From positions 130,450 through 194,449 of the forward strand of contig CAZBZO010000002.1 in NCBI GenBank assembly GCA_964496425.1: 64,000 nucleotides of DNA, in the 5' to 3' direction. This stretch comes from an uncultured Candidatus Saccharibacteria bacterium (lineage in GTDB: Bacteria; Patescibacteriota; Minisyncoccia; Phycocordibacterales; UBA9973). Below the pieces are notes generated by a model, which saw nothing but the letters and a program-made list of their open reading frames with translations, had not been told where the DNA came from and did not search any database. Position 1 is the stretch's first letter. Every line of letters starts with the position of its first letter. Position numbers and translations under genes: made by a program. Positions 18,792 through 28,544 of the stretch are shown in pieces.

Positions 18792-18992
18792 TGCTAAGCA
18801 ACGTTTTGCTGACTTTCGACCAATGCAAAAGAAAGAACAGCACCTTTCAATCAATTTGTCGATCTTTGCTTTGGGTCCCAAGTTGTTATTCTTACGGGCC
18901 TGCTGGGGTTCATCTTTATGGAACATACGGGATGTGGTTTTTAAGCGTTCGGTCGCATACTACTGCAAAAATGCCTTGTCGTCAAGGCAAGT

Positions 18993-19020
18993 AAAAACCC
19001 ACTTTCTTGAGTGGGTTTTT
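18993..19020 (-). terminator. Rho-independent terminator downstream of rplU
   Basis: aaaaACCCACtttcttgaGTGGGTtttt. Confidence 0.7.
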
Positions 19021-19342
19021 ACTTGATTGCTGAGATTTTGATTTTTGTGAAAGGCTGTCGATGGCCGTTTTTCTTCAAATACCGGCTCTTTTGCTTATAT
19101 TTCATGACGATAACCTTTTTGGCTCGTCCTTGGGATTGGAAAATTCCTTCTACGCTGGCTCCGTCAATATATGGCATGCCAATAGTCGTATCTTTGCCGT
19201 TGTCTACCAAAAGCACTTTATCGAAGACTACTTTGTCCCCTGCTTTAAAGGCACCTGAAAGCTTCTCGACATTGAGAACGTCTCCCACGGCTACTTTATA
19301 TTGTTTTCCTCCTGTTTGAATAACAGCAAATTCCTCTGTCAT
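19019..19342 (-). CDS. rplU: 50S ribosomal protein L21
   Basis: FAVIQTGGKQYKV...KKNGHRQ pattern. 107 aa. Confidence 0.85.
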   Translation of the reverse strand: MTEEFAVIQTGGKQYKVAVGDVLNVEKLSGAFKAGDKVVFDKVLLVDNGKDTTIGMPYIDGASVEGIFQSQGRAKKVIVMKYKQKSRYLKKNGHRQPFTKIKISAIK

Positions 19343-19374
19343 ATAGGTGCGATTCTACCTGAAAGCCTTAGAAA

Positions 19375-20799
19375 TTGCAAGCAGGCTTTAAAAATAAGCT
19401 TTACTGGGGTATACTCCAGAGAGCAATGAAAGACGATACGGTGCTTAAAAAAATAGTCGAAGCCCCTTCGATCATTATCGAAAAAACCGAGGAGAAAGTG
19501 GCAGAGACAACAAGCAAACTCACTAAGAAAAGTGGTATAAGAACTCTCCAGCAGTTTTGGAAAAGTCTAGGCCCCGGCCTTGTAAGCGGAGCAGCAGATG
19601 ATGATCCTTCGGGCATAGCAACGTATTCACAAACTGGTGCTAAATACGGCTTCGGCCTTTTATGGCTCTCAGTATTCACTTTTCCTATGATGTCAGTGGT
19701 ACAGGAAACGTGCGCACGTATAGCACTTGTTTCAGGTCGTGGATTGGCAGCCAACATGAAGCGCGTATACGGAAAAAAAGTGCTTTTTTTTGCCACAGCG
19801 CTACTTTTCATTGCCAACACTTTCAATATCGGCGCTGACTTAGGTGCTATGGCCAAAAGCGTAGAGCTCGTTTTCCCAAAAGCAAATTTCTGGCTTGTCA
19901 TTATTTTTTTCGGTATTGGCGGACTGTTACTTGAAATATTCATTAGCTACAAAAATTATGCCAAATATCTGAAATGGATAACAATAGTGCTGTTTTCATA
20001 CATAGTTACCCTTATTATTATTCAGGTCCCTTTTGGAACACTTATTTCAAATCTTTTTTCAGTATCTATTACGGGTGGCATGGAGGAAGTTACGATGATT
20101 GTTGCAATATTAGGAACGACGATTTCCCCATATCTGTTTTTTTGGCAAAGTGGACAGGAGGTGGAGGAAGAAATAGCAGAGGGTAAAGTAACCATCAAAG
20201 AACGTGTAGGTGTAAGCGCAAGTGAGCTCAAGCGTATGAGAGTCGACGTGTGGACGGGAATGTTTTTTTCAAATTTTGTTATGTTTTCCATCATCGCTGT
20301 ATGCGCTACGACACTTTTTGCAAATGGCATCCACGACATTGGTTCAGCTGAGGAAGCTGCGTTAGCTCTTAAGCCATTTGCAGGAAATGCTGCCTACGTT
20401 CTCTTCGCGCTTGGTGTTATTGGCACTGGGTTACTCGCTATCCCCGTCCTCGCTGGCTCTACCGCATACGCAATCGCAGAAACGTTTGGCTGGAAAGAAG
20501 GACTAAATAAAAAACTGCCTCAAGCAAGAGCATTTTATGGGGTCATTATTATTTCTATCGTTGCCGGAATTGCCCTCAACGCATTTGGCGTAAATCCGAT
20601 AAAAGGCTTGGTGTACGCTGCTATTTTAAATGGAATCGTCGCGCCTGTTATACTTTTTTTTATCATGAGACTTGGGAGTAATAAAAAAATAATGGGCACA
20701 GCAAGAAGCAAACCTCTTACCGTTATCGTCGGTTGGGCGACAACTTTCGTTATGGCTTCCGGCGCACTGTACGTTATTATTTCTTATTTTTTATCTTAA
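19375..20799 (+). CDS. NRAMP-family divalent metal transporter (MntH/NRMT-like)
   Basis: GPGLVSGAADDDPSGIATYSQTGAKYGFGLLW matches NRAMP motif 1, with DPSG in place of DPGN. 474 aa, about 11 TM. Confidence 0.75.
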   Translation: MQAGFKNKLYWGILQRAMKDDTVLKKIVEAPSIIIEKTEEKVAETTSKLTKKSGIRTLQQFWKSLGPGLVSGAADDDPSGIATYSQTGAKYGFGLLWLSVFTFPMMSVVQETCARIALVSGRGLAANMKRVYGKKVLFFATALLFIANTFNIGADLGAMAKSVELVFPKANFWLVIIFFGIGGLLLEIFISYKNYAKYLKWITIVLFSYIVTLIIIQVPFGTLISNLFSVSITGGMEEVTMIVAILGTTISPYLFFWQSGQEVEEEIAEGKVTIKERVGVSASELKRMRVDVWTGMFFSNFVMFSIIAVCATTLFANGIHDIGSAEEAALALKPFAGNAAYVLFALGVIGTGLLAIPVLAGSTAYAIAETFGWKEGLNKKLPQARAFYGVIIISIVAGIALNAFGVNPIKGLVYAAILNGIVAPVILFFIMRLGSNKKIMGTARSKPLTVIVGWATTFVMASGALYVIISYFLS

Positions 20800-20817
20800 C
20801 GGTATACTAGACACATC

Positions 20818-21729
20818 ATGCTTTCAAAATATTCATACAAAAAACTTACGTGGATAGATCTCGAGTGCCCGACCAAAGACGAGGTTGCGCTCCTCGCTGA
20901 AACATATGACGTGCATCCTTTGGTCGCTGAAGAGCTTACCCGCCAGACTGAGCGAGCAAAAGTCGACATGTACCACAATAGTCTCTACTTGGTCCTTCAC
21001 TTCCCAGTGGTACAACATGTCGACAAGACAGTTAAGATAGTTGAGATTGATTTTGTTATCGGCCAAAATTTTCTTATTACAACTCACTTTGATGCTATAG
21101 ATCCACTGCATGAATTTGCAAAGCTTTTTGAAGTGCATTCTATACTTGATCGCAGTGCCGACCTCACTCACGCAGGATTTCTTTTCTTTTACGTTATAAA
21201 AGAGCTGTATAAGCATTGTCTCCTGGAGCTTGAACGCATTGAGGAAGAGCTACAGAGTATTGAGAAATTTATTTTCAATGGAAACGAGAGAGGGATGGTG
21301 GTAGAGCTTTTGAAACTCAACCGCAGTCTGATTGATTTTCGTGAAGCTATACGGTTTCATGGCGAGACGTTGAGGTCATTTGAAATCGCTGGGAAAAAAT
21401 TTTATGGCGATGACTTTACCTATTACCTATCTGCGATCTCCGGCGAATTTCAGCGCGTAGAAAATATATTCCACGACCATAAGCAAGTATTGAACGACTT
21501 GCGGAAAACCAACGACGCCTTACTTGCCCACCGAACCAACGAAACCATGAAGCTCCTCACTATTTTATCGTTTATCACCTTCCCGCTTTCGCTTGTCGCT
21601 GCGTTACTCGCTATGATTACCCATGTGCCTATCATAGAAACACAAGATGGGTACCTTAAAGTCATTGGGGGGATGATTCTACTTGCTATTATTATGATTC
21701 TGTATTTTCGGAAACGCCGATGGCTCTAA
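20818..21729 (+). CDS. CorA-family metal ion transporter with a variant pore motif
   Basis: N-terminal soluble domain and two C-terminal TMs. LTILSFITFPLSLVAALLAMITH aligns to the CorA LTIVSTIFLPLTFIAGIYGMNF segment, but the GMN motif is replaced by AMI. Confidence 0.65.
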   Translation: MLSKYSYKKLTWIDLECPTKDEVALLAETYDVHPLVAEELTRQTERAKVDMYHNSLYLVLHFPVVQHVDKTVKIVEIDFVIGQNFLITTHFDAIDPLHEFAKLFEVHSILDRSADLTHAGFLFFYVIKELYKHCLLELERIEEELQSIEKFIFNGNERGMVVELLKLNRSLIDFREAIRFHGETLRSFEIAGKKFYGDDFTYYLSAISGEFQRVENIFHDHKQVLNDLRKTNDALLAHRTNETMKLLTILSFITFPLSLVAALLAMITHVPIIETQDGYLKVIGGMILLAIIMILYFRKRRWL

Positions 21730-23075
21730 AACTCTACAATACTCTTTCTCGATCAGAGGAACTTTTCATTCCGATAAAAAATGATTCCGTAAGTCTCTAC
21801 ACGTGCGGACCAACAGTCTACAACTACCCCCACATTGGCAACTACCGTGCATATATTTTTGGCGATACGCTCAAGCGTGTACTCACCTACGCAGGCTACG
21901 ATGTTGATCACATTATGAATCTCACTGATATTGATGATAAAACCATCCGAGATTCACAAAAAGCTGGTAAATCACTCAAAGAGTTTACAGAGTACTTTAC
22001 GGAGGAGTTCTACAAGGATCGTGATGCACTCAATATCGTTCCCGCAAAAACCTATACCAAAGCTACGGAGTATATACCAGAAATGGTAGCGATGATCGAA
22101 ATATTGCTAAAAAAAGGTGTTGCCTATAAAGGTGATGATGGCAGTGTGTATTTTTCAATTGCTAAAGATCCTGATTACGGCAAGCTCACTCATATTAAAA
22201 AAGAAGAACTTTCACAAAATGCCAGCGGGCGTTTGCGCCAAGATGAGTATGACAAGGATAACGTGCAGGATTTTGCTCTTTGGAAGGCATGGGATAGTAC
22301 TGATGGTGATGTATTTTGGGAGACAACTTTAGGTAAGGGTAGGCCAGGCTGGCATATTGAGTGCTCTGCCATGAGCATTGCTACGCTTGGAGAGACTATT
22401 GATATCCACACTGGTGGCCTTGATAATATGTTTCCGCATCATGAAAATGAAATCGCCCAGTCAGAAAGTACAACCGGCAAAACATTTGTAAAATACTGGA
22501 TGCATAATGCCTGGCTCTTGGTTGACGGTAAAAAAATGGCAAAGTCACTTGGCAATTTTTATACGCTTCGTGACCTGACCGAAAAAGGATTCGACCCCCT
22601 TTCTTATCGCTATCTTACTCTTATCACCCACTATCGTACTCCTCTCAACTTTACTTTTGACGCTCTCCAGGCTGCCGAAAATGCATTACATAAGCTATAC
22701 CAAACATATGAAGAACTACCAGAGAAACAAGGTACTGTTGTCTCGGGGTACCAAGAAAAATTCAAAGCGGGTATAGAAAATGATCTTGGCACCCCAACAG
22801 CGCTCGCAGTAGTATGGGAACTTGTAAAAGACAACGCCATTGCGCCAGAAGATAAACGTACGACACTTCTTGATTTTGATCGCGTCCTAGGCTTTGGCCT
22901 TACAGATCGCAAAAAAGAAATAATACCGGAGCAAGTGCAAAAACTTGCTGACGAGCGAGAAATGGCACGCCAAGAAAAAAATTGGGCACGTGCTGACGAG
23001 CTTCGTAAAGAAATTGAAGACAATGGATACACGGTAAAGGATTCTGAGATCGGGCCGAAAATTTCTAAACTTTAA
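21720..23075 (+). CDS. cysS: Cysteine--tRNA ligase
   Basis: CGPTVYNYPHIGN (HIGH) and KMAKSLGN (KMSKS). 451 aa. Confidence 0.9.
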   Translation: MALKLYNTLSRSEELFIPIKNDSVSLYTCGPTVYNYPHIGNYRAYIFGDTLKRVLTYAGYDVDHIMNLTDIDDKTIRDSQKAGKSLKEFTEYFTEEFYKDRDALNIVPAKTYTKATEYIPEMVAMIEILLKKGVAYKGDDGSVYFSIAKDPDYGKLTHIKKEELSQNASGRLRQDEYDKDNVQDFALWKAWDSTDGDVFWETTLGKGRPGWHIECSAMSIATLGETIDIHTGGLDNMFPHHENEIAQSESTTGKTFVKYWMHNAWLLVDGKKMAKSLGNFYTLRDLTEKGFDPLSYRYLTLITHYRTPLNFTFDALQAAENALHKLYQTYEELPEKQGTVVSGYQEKFKAGIENDLGTPTALAVVWELVKDNAIAPEDKRTTLLDFDRVLGFGLTDRKKEIIPEQVQKLADEREMARQEKNWARADELRKEIEDNGYTVKDSEIGPKISKL

Positions 23076-23091
23076 ATTCAAACCAAAAAAT

Positions 23092-23126
23092 AAAGAACTG
23101 CATGTAAATAATATATGCAGTTCTTG
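23092..23126. terminator. Bidirectional terminator hairpin
   Basis: aaaGAACTGCATgtaaataatatATGCAGTTCttg. Confidence 0.7.
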
Positions 23127-23774
23127 TTATGACAAAAATAATTGAGATATAGTTTGGCCGACATAAAACAAAATTTCTTTTAAAAGTACTCCGGTAACAA
23201 AAATATAAGTTACCGTTAGAATTATTCCTAAAGAAAAATTCCTAACATCTTTTCTCTGACTTAAACCATTATATCTGTGGAACCCCGTACGAAAATAAAT
23301 AGTTCCCAAAAATGGGTTAACCGTCAAAATATAAAAGAAAACAAAATTTGCACCAAATTTTTTGGAAAAATTTACAATTAATTCTGCAATTTTTCCTTTT
23401 GGCTCAATCTCCCCTTCCTTAGCAGCTTTGAGTCGCTCAATAAAGAAAATGTCTACTTTATACCAATCGTATAAAAATAAACAACTTCCAAAAAATATGA
23501 TCGACGAAAGTGTGATAAGGGCAGCCGCGCAGACGGGCTCGTACATGTAAATAATGCGCATACAAAGCCCTCGGGCAAAAGATAGATTTAGGAGCCAATT
23601 TATAAAAAAACCAGCTGCAAATGTACTGATTGATCTTTCGGGCAACTTTGGCATCCGAACCATACTGTATGGATTTGAAAGTATATGTTGTGTGTGCCCA
23701 CAACACGGAAGCTTACCGTTCTCCACGGTAAAAGAATTCGAGGCAAGTATGGCATGAGTGCCGACTTTCCGCAA
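23127..23774 (-). CDS. Hypothetical membrane protein (true start probably internal)
   Basis: The C-terminal two thirds are hydrophobic with several TMs. The N-terminal part of the 215-aa ORF is probably spurious. Confidence 0.35.
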   Translation of the reverse strand: MRKVGTHAILASNSFTVENGKLPCCGHTQHILSNPYSMVRMPKLPERSISTFAAGFFINWLLNLSFARGLCMRIIYMYEPVCAAALITLSSIIFFGSCLFLYDWYKVDIFFIERLKAAKEGEIEPKGKIAELIVNFSKKFGANFVFFYILTVNPFLGTIYFRTGFHRYNGLSQRKDVRNFSLGIILTVTYIFVTGVLLKEILFYVGQTISQLFLS

Positions 23775-23825
23775 TATAAAATACCGAGCACTATGCTCAG
23801 TATTTTATATTTCAAAAAATATTTT

Positions 23826-24908
23826 CTAGATCCCTTCTTCCTTGAGCTTTTCTACCAGTTCATGAGACTTACGCGAAAGTTTAGTCGGTATTTTGATATG
23901 GAGTTTGATAAGAAGATCACCTCGTTTAGTGCGTGGATTTGGCACACCTTTTTCTCGCACGCGTAATATTTCGTTTGGTGATACACCCTCTGGAATCTTT
24001 ACTGAGATTGACCCGTCGAGTGTTTGAATCTCATGAGTAGCGCCCAAAAGAGCTTCAGTCAATTTAATATTGAGATCCATGACCAGATTGTGGCCTTCAC
24101 GCTTAAAGACGGGATGGGTAGTAACATTCACTTTAATATACAAATCTCCGGTCGTACCTTTTGCTACAGCTTCTCCCATACCAGAGAGTCGGATCATTTC
24201 ACCATCATTCATACCAGCAGGAATCTTAATTTCTACTTCCTGTTGACGTCTCAAGACGCCCAAGCCTTTACAAGTATCACACTTTTCTTTTGGCACTTCA
24301 CCTACGCCACCGCAGTTATCACAAATTTTATTGGTGCTAAAGGTACCCAAAAATGAACGCTTAGTTTCATGGACTTGGCCTTTGCCGTTGCACTGTTTGC
24401 AGGTTTCCATTTTTGTGTGAGGCTTTGCACCATTTCCACTACACGTCTCACAGGTAGAGGTTTTGGTAAGGAGCACTTTTCTCACAACGCCAAAAATTGC
24501 TTCCGAAAAAGAAATTGTGATCTCAGTGGAAATATCACGGCCACGGCGTGCTTGCGGCCGCATGCCGCCGCCAGCAAAAAACTCAGAGAAAATATCTCCA
24601 ATATCACCCATATCAAATCCCTGGCCATTTTGAAATCCTGAAAAATCAAAACCGTAAGCGTTTGGATCAAAGCCAGCTCCTCCAACTGGGCCATTTGCAT
24701 ACCCGCTACCGAACTGGTCGTATTTAGCCCTTTTTTGGTCATCGTAGAGGGTCTGATAGGCTTCGTTGACCTCCTTAAATTTCTTATCGTCGCCAGCATT
24801 TTTATCGGGATGGAACTTATGAGCCAGCTTATGAAAAGCCTTTTTTATTTCGTCTTTTGAGGCGCTTTTTTCCACGCCAAGTATTTCATAGTAGTCTTTG
24901 TTCGCCAT
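23826..24908 (-). CDS. dnaJ: Chaperone DnaJ
   Basis: J domain with HPD (KDYYEILGV...HPDKN), a G/F region and four CxxCxGxG zinc-finger repeats. 360 aa. Confidence 0.9.
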   Translation of the reverse strand: MANKDYYEILGVEKSASKDEIKKAFHKLAHKFHPDKNAGDDKKFKEVNEAYQTLYDDQKRAKYDQFGSGYANGPVGGAGFDPNAYGFDFSGFQNGQGFDMGDIGDIFSEFFAGGGMRPQARRGRDISTEITISFSEAIFGVVRKVLLTKTSTCETCSGNGAKPHTKMETCKQCNGKGQVHETKRSFLGTFSTNKICDNCGGVGEVPKEKCDTCKGLGVLRRQQEVEIKIPAGMNDGEMIRLSGMGEAVAKGTTGDLYIKVNVTTHPVFKREGHNLVMDLNIKLTEALLGATHEIQTLDGSISVKIPEGVSPNEILRVREKGVPNPRTKRGDLLIKLHIKIPTKLSRKSHELVEKLKEEGI

Positions 24909-24984
24909 AGTAAGGTTAGTATAGCAAAAAATTTTTGATTTACAAAATGATTATTTTAAGGTATGGTGAAAGAAAACGACTGTT

Positions 24985-25641
24985 ATGAAAAACGATAATG
25001 ATTCATTTAAAAAAATTTATATTTTCCCCAGCACAGAAACAAATGGATACTTAGCAAATTTGGAAAGTACAGTAGGTTTTGGGGCAACGTTTCATCCTGC
25101 AATGAAATGTTCTAACGGTATATTCCCGGTTTGGTATGTAAACGACGAAACACTTGCTCGGTTACTGCAAATGGAAGAAAAAGAGAAGATTTATTTTACT
25201 GTCTTCAAGCAGGATCACCCTGATCAAGAGCCCTATCCATATAATGTAAAAATACCGACGGCAAAAAACAAGAAAGATTCTTTGTATCTCCATTCAATAT
25301 CAGATGATCCTTTAGCGAATCTTAGAATTATCTATAAAACGGTAAATCGATGGAACAAATTAAAGCCAGCTGTTAATTATTGGTTTGACTACTTAGCAAT
25401 GGCGGAACTTTGGATGTCAAAAGACGAAAAACTTAGGACAAAAGGACTTTCTGCCCTGATTCACAGAATCACACACGGTAACTATCACGAAATTGTTGTT
25501 GATGGGGAAATAATTAGCGAAACAATGGGGACACTGATTATTATGGCTCTCAAAGTAGGGGTGAAAGTGAGGCCTTTTCAGAATAATGCAGTCATGAGAA
25601 AAAAATTACCAATCTATATTGGAACTATTGCAACTAAATAA
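24985..25641 (+). CDS. Hypothetical protein
   Basis: 218-aa ORF with no recognisable motif. A terminator hairpin follows. Confidence 0.45.
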   Translation: MKNDNDSFKKIYIFPSTETNGYLANLESTVGFGATFHPAMKCSNGIFPVWYVNDETLARLLQMEEKEKIYFTVFKQDHPDQEPYPYNVKIPTAKNKKDSLYLHSISDDPLANLRIIYKTVNRWNKLKPAVNYWFDYLAMAELWMSKDEKLRTKGLSALIHRITHGNYHEIVVDGEIISETMGTLIIMALKVGVKVRPFQNNAVMRKKLPIYIGTIATK

Positions 25642-25671
25642 GCTTCAATAGATAAAGAAAGGATTTCTTGC

Positions 25672-25704
25672 AAATGACCTCGACAATCGGGGTCATTTTA
25701 TTTT
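25672..25704. terminator. Bidirectional terminator hairpin
   Basis: aaaTGACCtcgacaatcggGGTCAttttatttt. Confidence 0.6.
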
Positions 25705-25710
25705 ATAAAA

Positions 25711-26088
25711 CTAAGAGGCCATTCGATCTTTAGCGATCTTAATTTCCGCGGGAAGTTCAATAGTTTTATAATATGCCACCCAATAGGCGTCTTTGGCATC
25801 TTTAGATTTTTTTTCTTTTAGGCTATCAGTAAATTTTAATAAAATTTCATACTTCTTAAGAGCTTCCGATAATTTTACAGGATCATTTTTATCTATTTCT
25901 AAAAGTCGTGCTTCTTTTTCAAGCGCTCTTAATTTTTCAAGCTCGTCAGGAGAAACTTCACTTATGCGGCCTTGCTCTAAAACACCTGGTGGTAGCAAGA
26001 TTTCTGTAGGAGTATTTTGTGTCGATTCCGGTTCATCTTCCTCATAGTCCCCGTCAGGGATATAACTTTCTGCTCTAAACATATACAA
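25711..26088 (-). CDS. Hypothetical acidic protein, last gene of the lexA-dinB transcription unit
   Basis: 125 aa, D/E/K-rich. It starts 32 nt downstream of the dinB stop and ends just upstream of a terminator. Confidence 0.45.
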   Translation of the reverse strand: MYMFRAESYIPDGDYEEDEPESTQNTPTEILLPPGVLEQGRISEVSPDELEKLRALEKEARLLEIDKNDPVKLSEALKKYEILLKFTDSLKEKKSKDAKDAYWVAYYKTIELPAEIKIAKDRMAS

Positions 26089-26119
26089 AATATATCATTC
26101 AATGATTAAAATCCCTATG

Positions 26120-27400
26120 TTAGTTTGTCTCCCCCAGGTATGGATACGGCAGACTCCAGATATAGCCATCAACCAAGCTTCTCTCTTTCGCCTCACTTTG
26201 TCTTTTTTTGACCGCGCTCATACTTGCTCCAAGATAGAGCGCATGAGTGCCAAAACGTGTTTTGATGGCATCAATCGCTTGAAGAAGTGGTTTATCGTTA
26301 TCTTTTTTTAGCTGTATACCAAAAAGATCTTGCGGAGTCTTCTCGGCGCGACATAAATTATACAGTGTCACTCCAGTCGCTCGATACCGATTTTGAGGCG
26401 TAAATACTTCATCAAATTTTTTATCAATCTCCCGCAAGAGATCTGTTGGATTTTGAGTATGGGTCGCAAGCTCAATGTGTCGACCACTATAAGAAAATTC
26501 TGAATTTTTTAAGAAAAAACTAAAACCGCCGGCGCTTTGGCATTGATAGCGCAAGCGTTCACAGACGGTCTCGACATTTTTTGAAAGCTCTGAATATACC
26601 CGCTCACGTTCATTTGACGCAGGTGTGAATGTCCGTGTCGCTTGTAGTGACTTTTGAGGTTCACTTTTCCCACTCTCTACATCGTATATCCTTTTACCTT
26701 GAAGTTCCTGCCATACCTCCACAAGTGGTCGGGCAAAAAACCGAGCTAGTTTTGCTTCAGGCATTTGGATAAAATCATACGCAGTCACAATGCCGCTTTT
26801 GGTGAGCTTTGGGGCGCTGCGATAGCCAATGCCCCAAATATTTTTTACTGAAGTCGCTCGTAAAAATCGTTCTTGGTCTCCAGGAAAAATAACAGTAAGT
26901 CCATCTGGTTTTTGATATTTTGACGCTACTTTGGCGAGCACCTTGGTCGATGCCAGCCCAAAAGAAAATGTAATACCGAGTTCATTCTGTACTGTTTGTT
27001 TAATAGCATGCACCAATGGCTCCCAACCGCCAGCCTTTTTTGCATCGTCGCCCGAGAGAAGGAGGAAACATTCATCGATGCTATAGTGCTCCACCTGACT
27101 CGTAAACCGCCGCAAAACATGATACAGCTTATCGGAATACATTTCATAAAGTTCGAAATGCGAAGGTATGATTTTCACGTTTGGAAAATCTCGTTTGATT
27201 TTAAATATCGGCATACCACGAGTGACACCGATCATTTTGGCTTCGTAGGTCATCGCAACAGCAATACCGCGCTCTTTACCAACCACGACTGGACTGCCGC
27301 GAAGCTCGGGGTACGCTGCAAGTTCGCAGTAGGCAAAAAACCCATCACCGTCTACATGCAAAATCATTTCATCTACCATAATTTTTATTGCATAGATCAA
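26120..27400 (-). CDS. dinB: Y-family DNA polymerase (DinB/Pol IV-like)
   Basis: MILHVDGDGFFAYCE matches the ILHVDMDAFFASVE catalytic motif. Has the SIDECFLLL motif. Its ATG overlaps the lexA stop (ATGA). Confidence 0.85.
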   Translation of the reverse strand: MIYAIKIMVDEMILHVDGDGFFAYCELAAYPELRGSPVVVGKERGIAVAMTYEAKMIGVTRGMPIFKIKRDFPNVKIIPSHFELYEMYSDKLYHVLRRFTSQVEHYSIDECFLLLSGDDAKKAGGWEPLVHAIKQTVQNELGITFSFGLASTKVLAKVASKYQKPDGLTVIFPGDQERFLRATSVKNIWGIGYRSAPKLTKSGIVTAYDFIQMPEAKLARFFARPLVEVWQELQGKRIYDVESGKSEPQKSLQATRTFTPASNERERVYSELSKNVETVCERLRYQCQSAGGFSFFLKNSEFSYSGRHIELATHTQNPTDLLREIDKKFDEVFTPQNRYRATGVTLYNLCRAEKTPQDLFGIQLKKDNDKPLLQAIDAIKTRFGTHALYLGASMSAVKKRQSEAKERSLVDGYIWSLPYPYLGETN

Positions 27401-27960
27401 TATTTCCGAATGACTGCTTTGACGACAGCGGTCACCTTTAAATCTTCTTTTGGGAATAGCGGCTTATACTTTTTATTAGCAGCTTCCAAATAAAAGTAGC
27501 TCCCTTGTTTGCGCAAATATTTCATTGTCCATGCTCCATCAAGCTCAGCAATGACAATCTGTCCGACTCGAGCATTGGTCGTTCGTTCGACCAAGACCAT
27601 GTCGCCTTCGCGGATGCCCGCATCGTACATTGAGTCACCTTTGACGCGAAGCATAAAAGTAGCTTCTTTGTTGGCGACCAAATAGTCATCAAGCGTGGTT
27701 GTGTCGAGTAAGTCTTCTTCAGCCGGAGTCGGAAAGCCAGCCTCTACTACCCCCAAAAGCCGCAAGCCGTTTGCTTTACCAGGCAAAAGACGCCCACTTC
27801 CGTCTTTAGTGAAAATCCCACGGACAATAAGCTTGTCTACGAGCTTGTAGGCGGCATTTTTAGACTTATAACCATACAATGTAGCTATTTCACTGTAAGA
27901 GGGCATGCGCTTTCGCTTGTGGTAAAACGAACTGATTTTCTCTTGACTATTGTTTTCCAT
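27397..27960 (-). CDS. lexA: LexA-type repressor (HTH plus S24 peptidase)
   Basis: C-terminal S24 motifs (VKGDSMYDAGIREGDMVLV, Ser/Lys dyad context) and an N-terminal winged HTH. 187 aa. A Cheo-like box sits upstream. Confidence 0.8.
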   Translation of the reverse strand: MENNSQEKISSFYHKRKRMPSYSEIATLYGYKSKNAAYKLVDKLIVRGIFTKDGSGRLLPGKANGLRLLGVVEAGFPTPAEEDLLDTTTLDDYLVANKEATFMLRVKGDSMYDAGIREGDMVLVERTTNARVGQIVIAELDGAWTMKYLRKQGSYFYLEAANKKYKPLFPKEDLKVTAVVKAVIRKY

Positions 27961-27973
27961 CTCTACAGTATAC

Positions 27974-27989
27974 GTGAACGATCGTTCAC
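27974..27989. promoter_or_regulatory. Cheo-type LexA operator (GAAC-N4-GTTC)
   Basis: gtGAACgatcGTTCac lies 14 nt upstream of the lexA start codon and matches the Gram-positive SOS box CGAACnnnnGTTCG. Confidence 0.6.
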
Positions 27990-28012
27990 ACGCAAAGAAT
28001 AGTGGGGAAAAG

Positions 28013-28039
28013 AAAAATACTCCCTTAAGGAGTATTTTT
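28013..28039. terminator. Bidirectional terminator hairpin
   Basis: aaaaATACTCCcttaaGGAGTATtttt. Confidence 0.65.
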
Positions 28040-28062
28040 ACACAACAGGGATTTCGTAAAAG

Positions 28063-28434
28063 TTAGAACCCTGGCCACAAGGCCAAAAGAATGAGAAGCG
28101 CACCCACAAGAGCCATATTTTTATTGAAGCCGATCATCTCAGTTGCGCGCGCTGCTGGGTCTTTGATTTTCCAAAAAGCATGCATCATAAAAGACGTACC
28201 AAGCAAAAAGACAATAAGGAGAATAAGCGCGATTTTGACATAGAGGCCAAGAATAATTCCGAGACCACCGAGTGCGAGCATTATCCCCGTGCCCATAACA
28301 GCTGCTTCAGGGTATGGTACGCCTTTTGATTTTGAATATCCCGCAAGCGACTTTCCGTGAGCAAAGTGGCTGTAGGCGTTGTAGAGAAAGTATCCGCCAA
28401 AAATAATTCGTCCGATAAAAAATAAAATAGTCAT
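28063..28434 (-). CDS. DoxX-family membrane protein
   Basis: 123 aa, four TMs. The GGYFLYNAYSHF...GKSL pattern is typical of DoxX. Confidence 0.7.
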   Translation of the reverse strand: MTILFFIGRIIFGGYFLYNAYSHFAHGKSLAGYSKSKGVPYPEAAVMGTGIMLALGGLGIILGLYVKIALILLIVFLLGTSFMMHAFWKIKDPAARATEMIGFNKNMALVGALLILLALWPGF

Positions 28435-28544
28435 TTTAGTGCGTAGAGATTATAGCTTGTAATAATTTTATTGTACCATATGTGACTTACCTATTGAGTA
28501 TAACGATCGACCAGCCGATGTATGACTGATGCTGATTCGAATTT

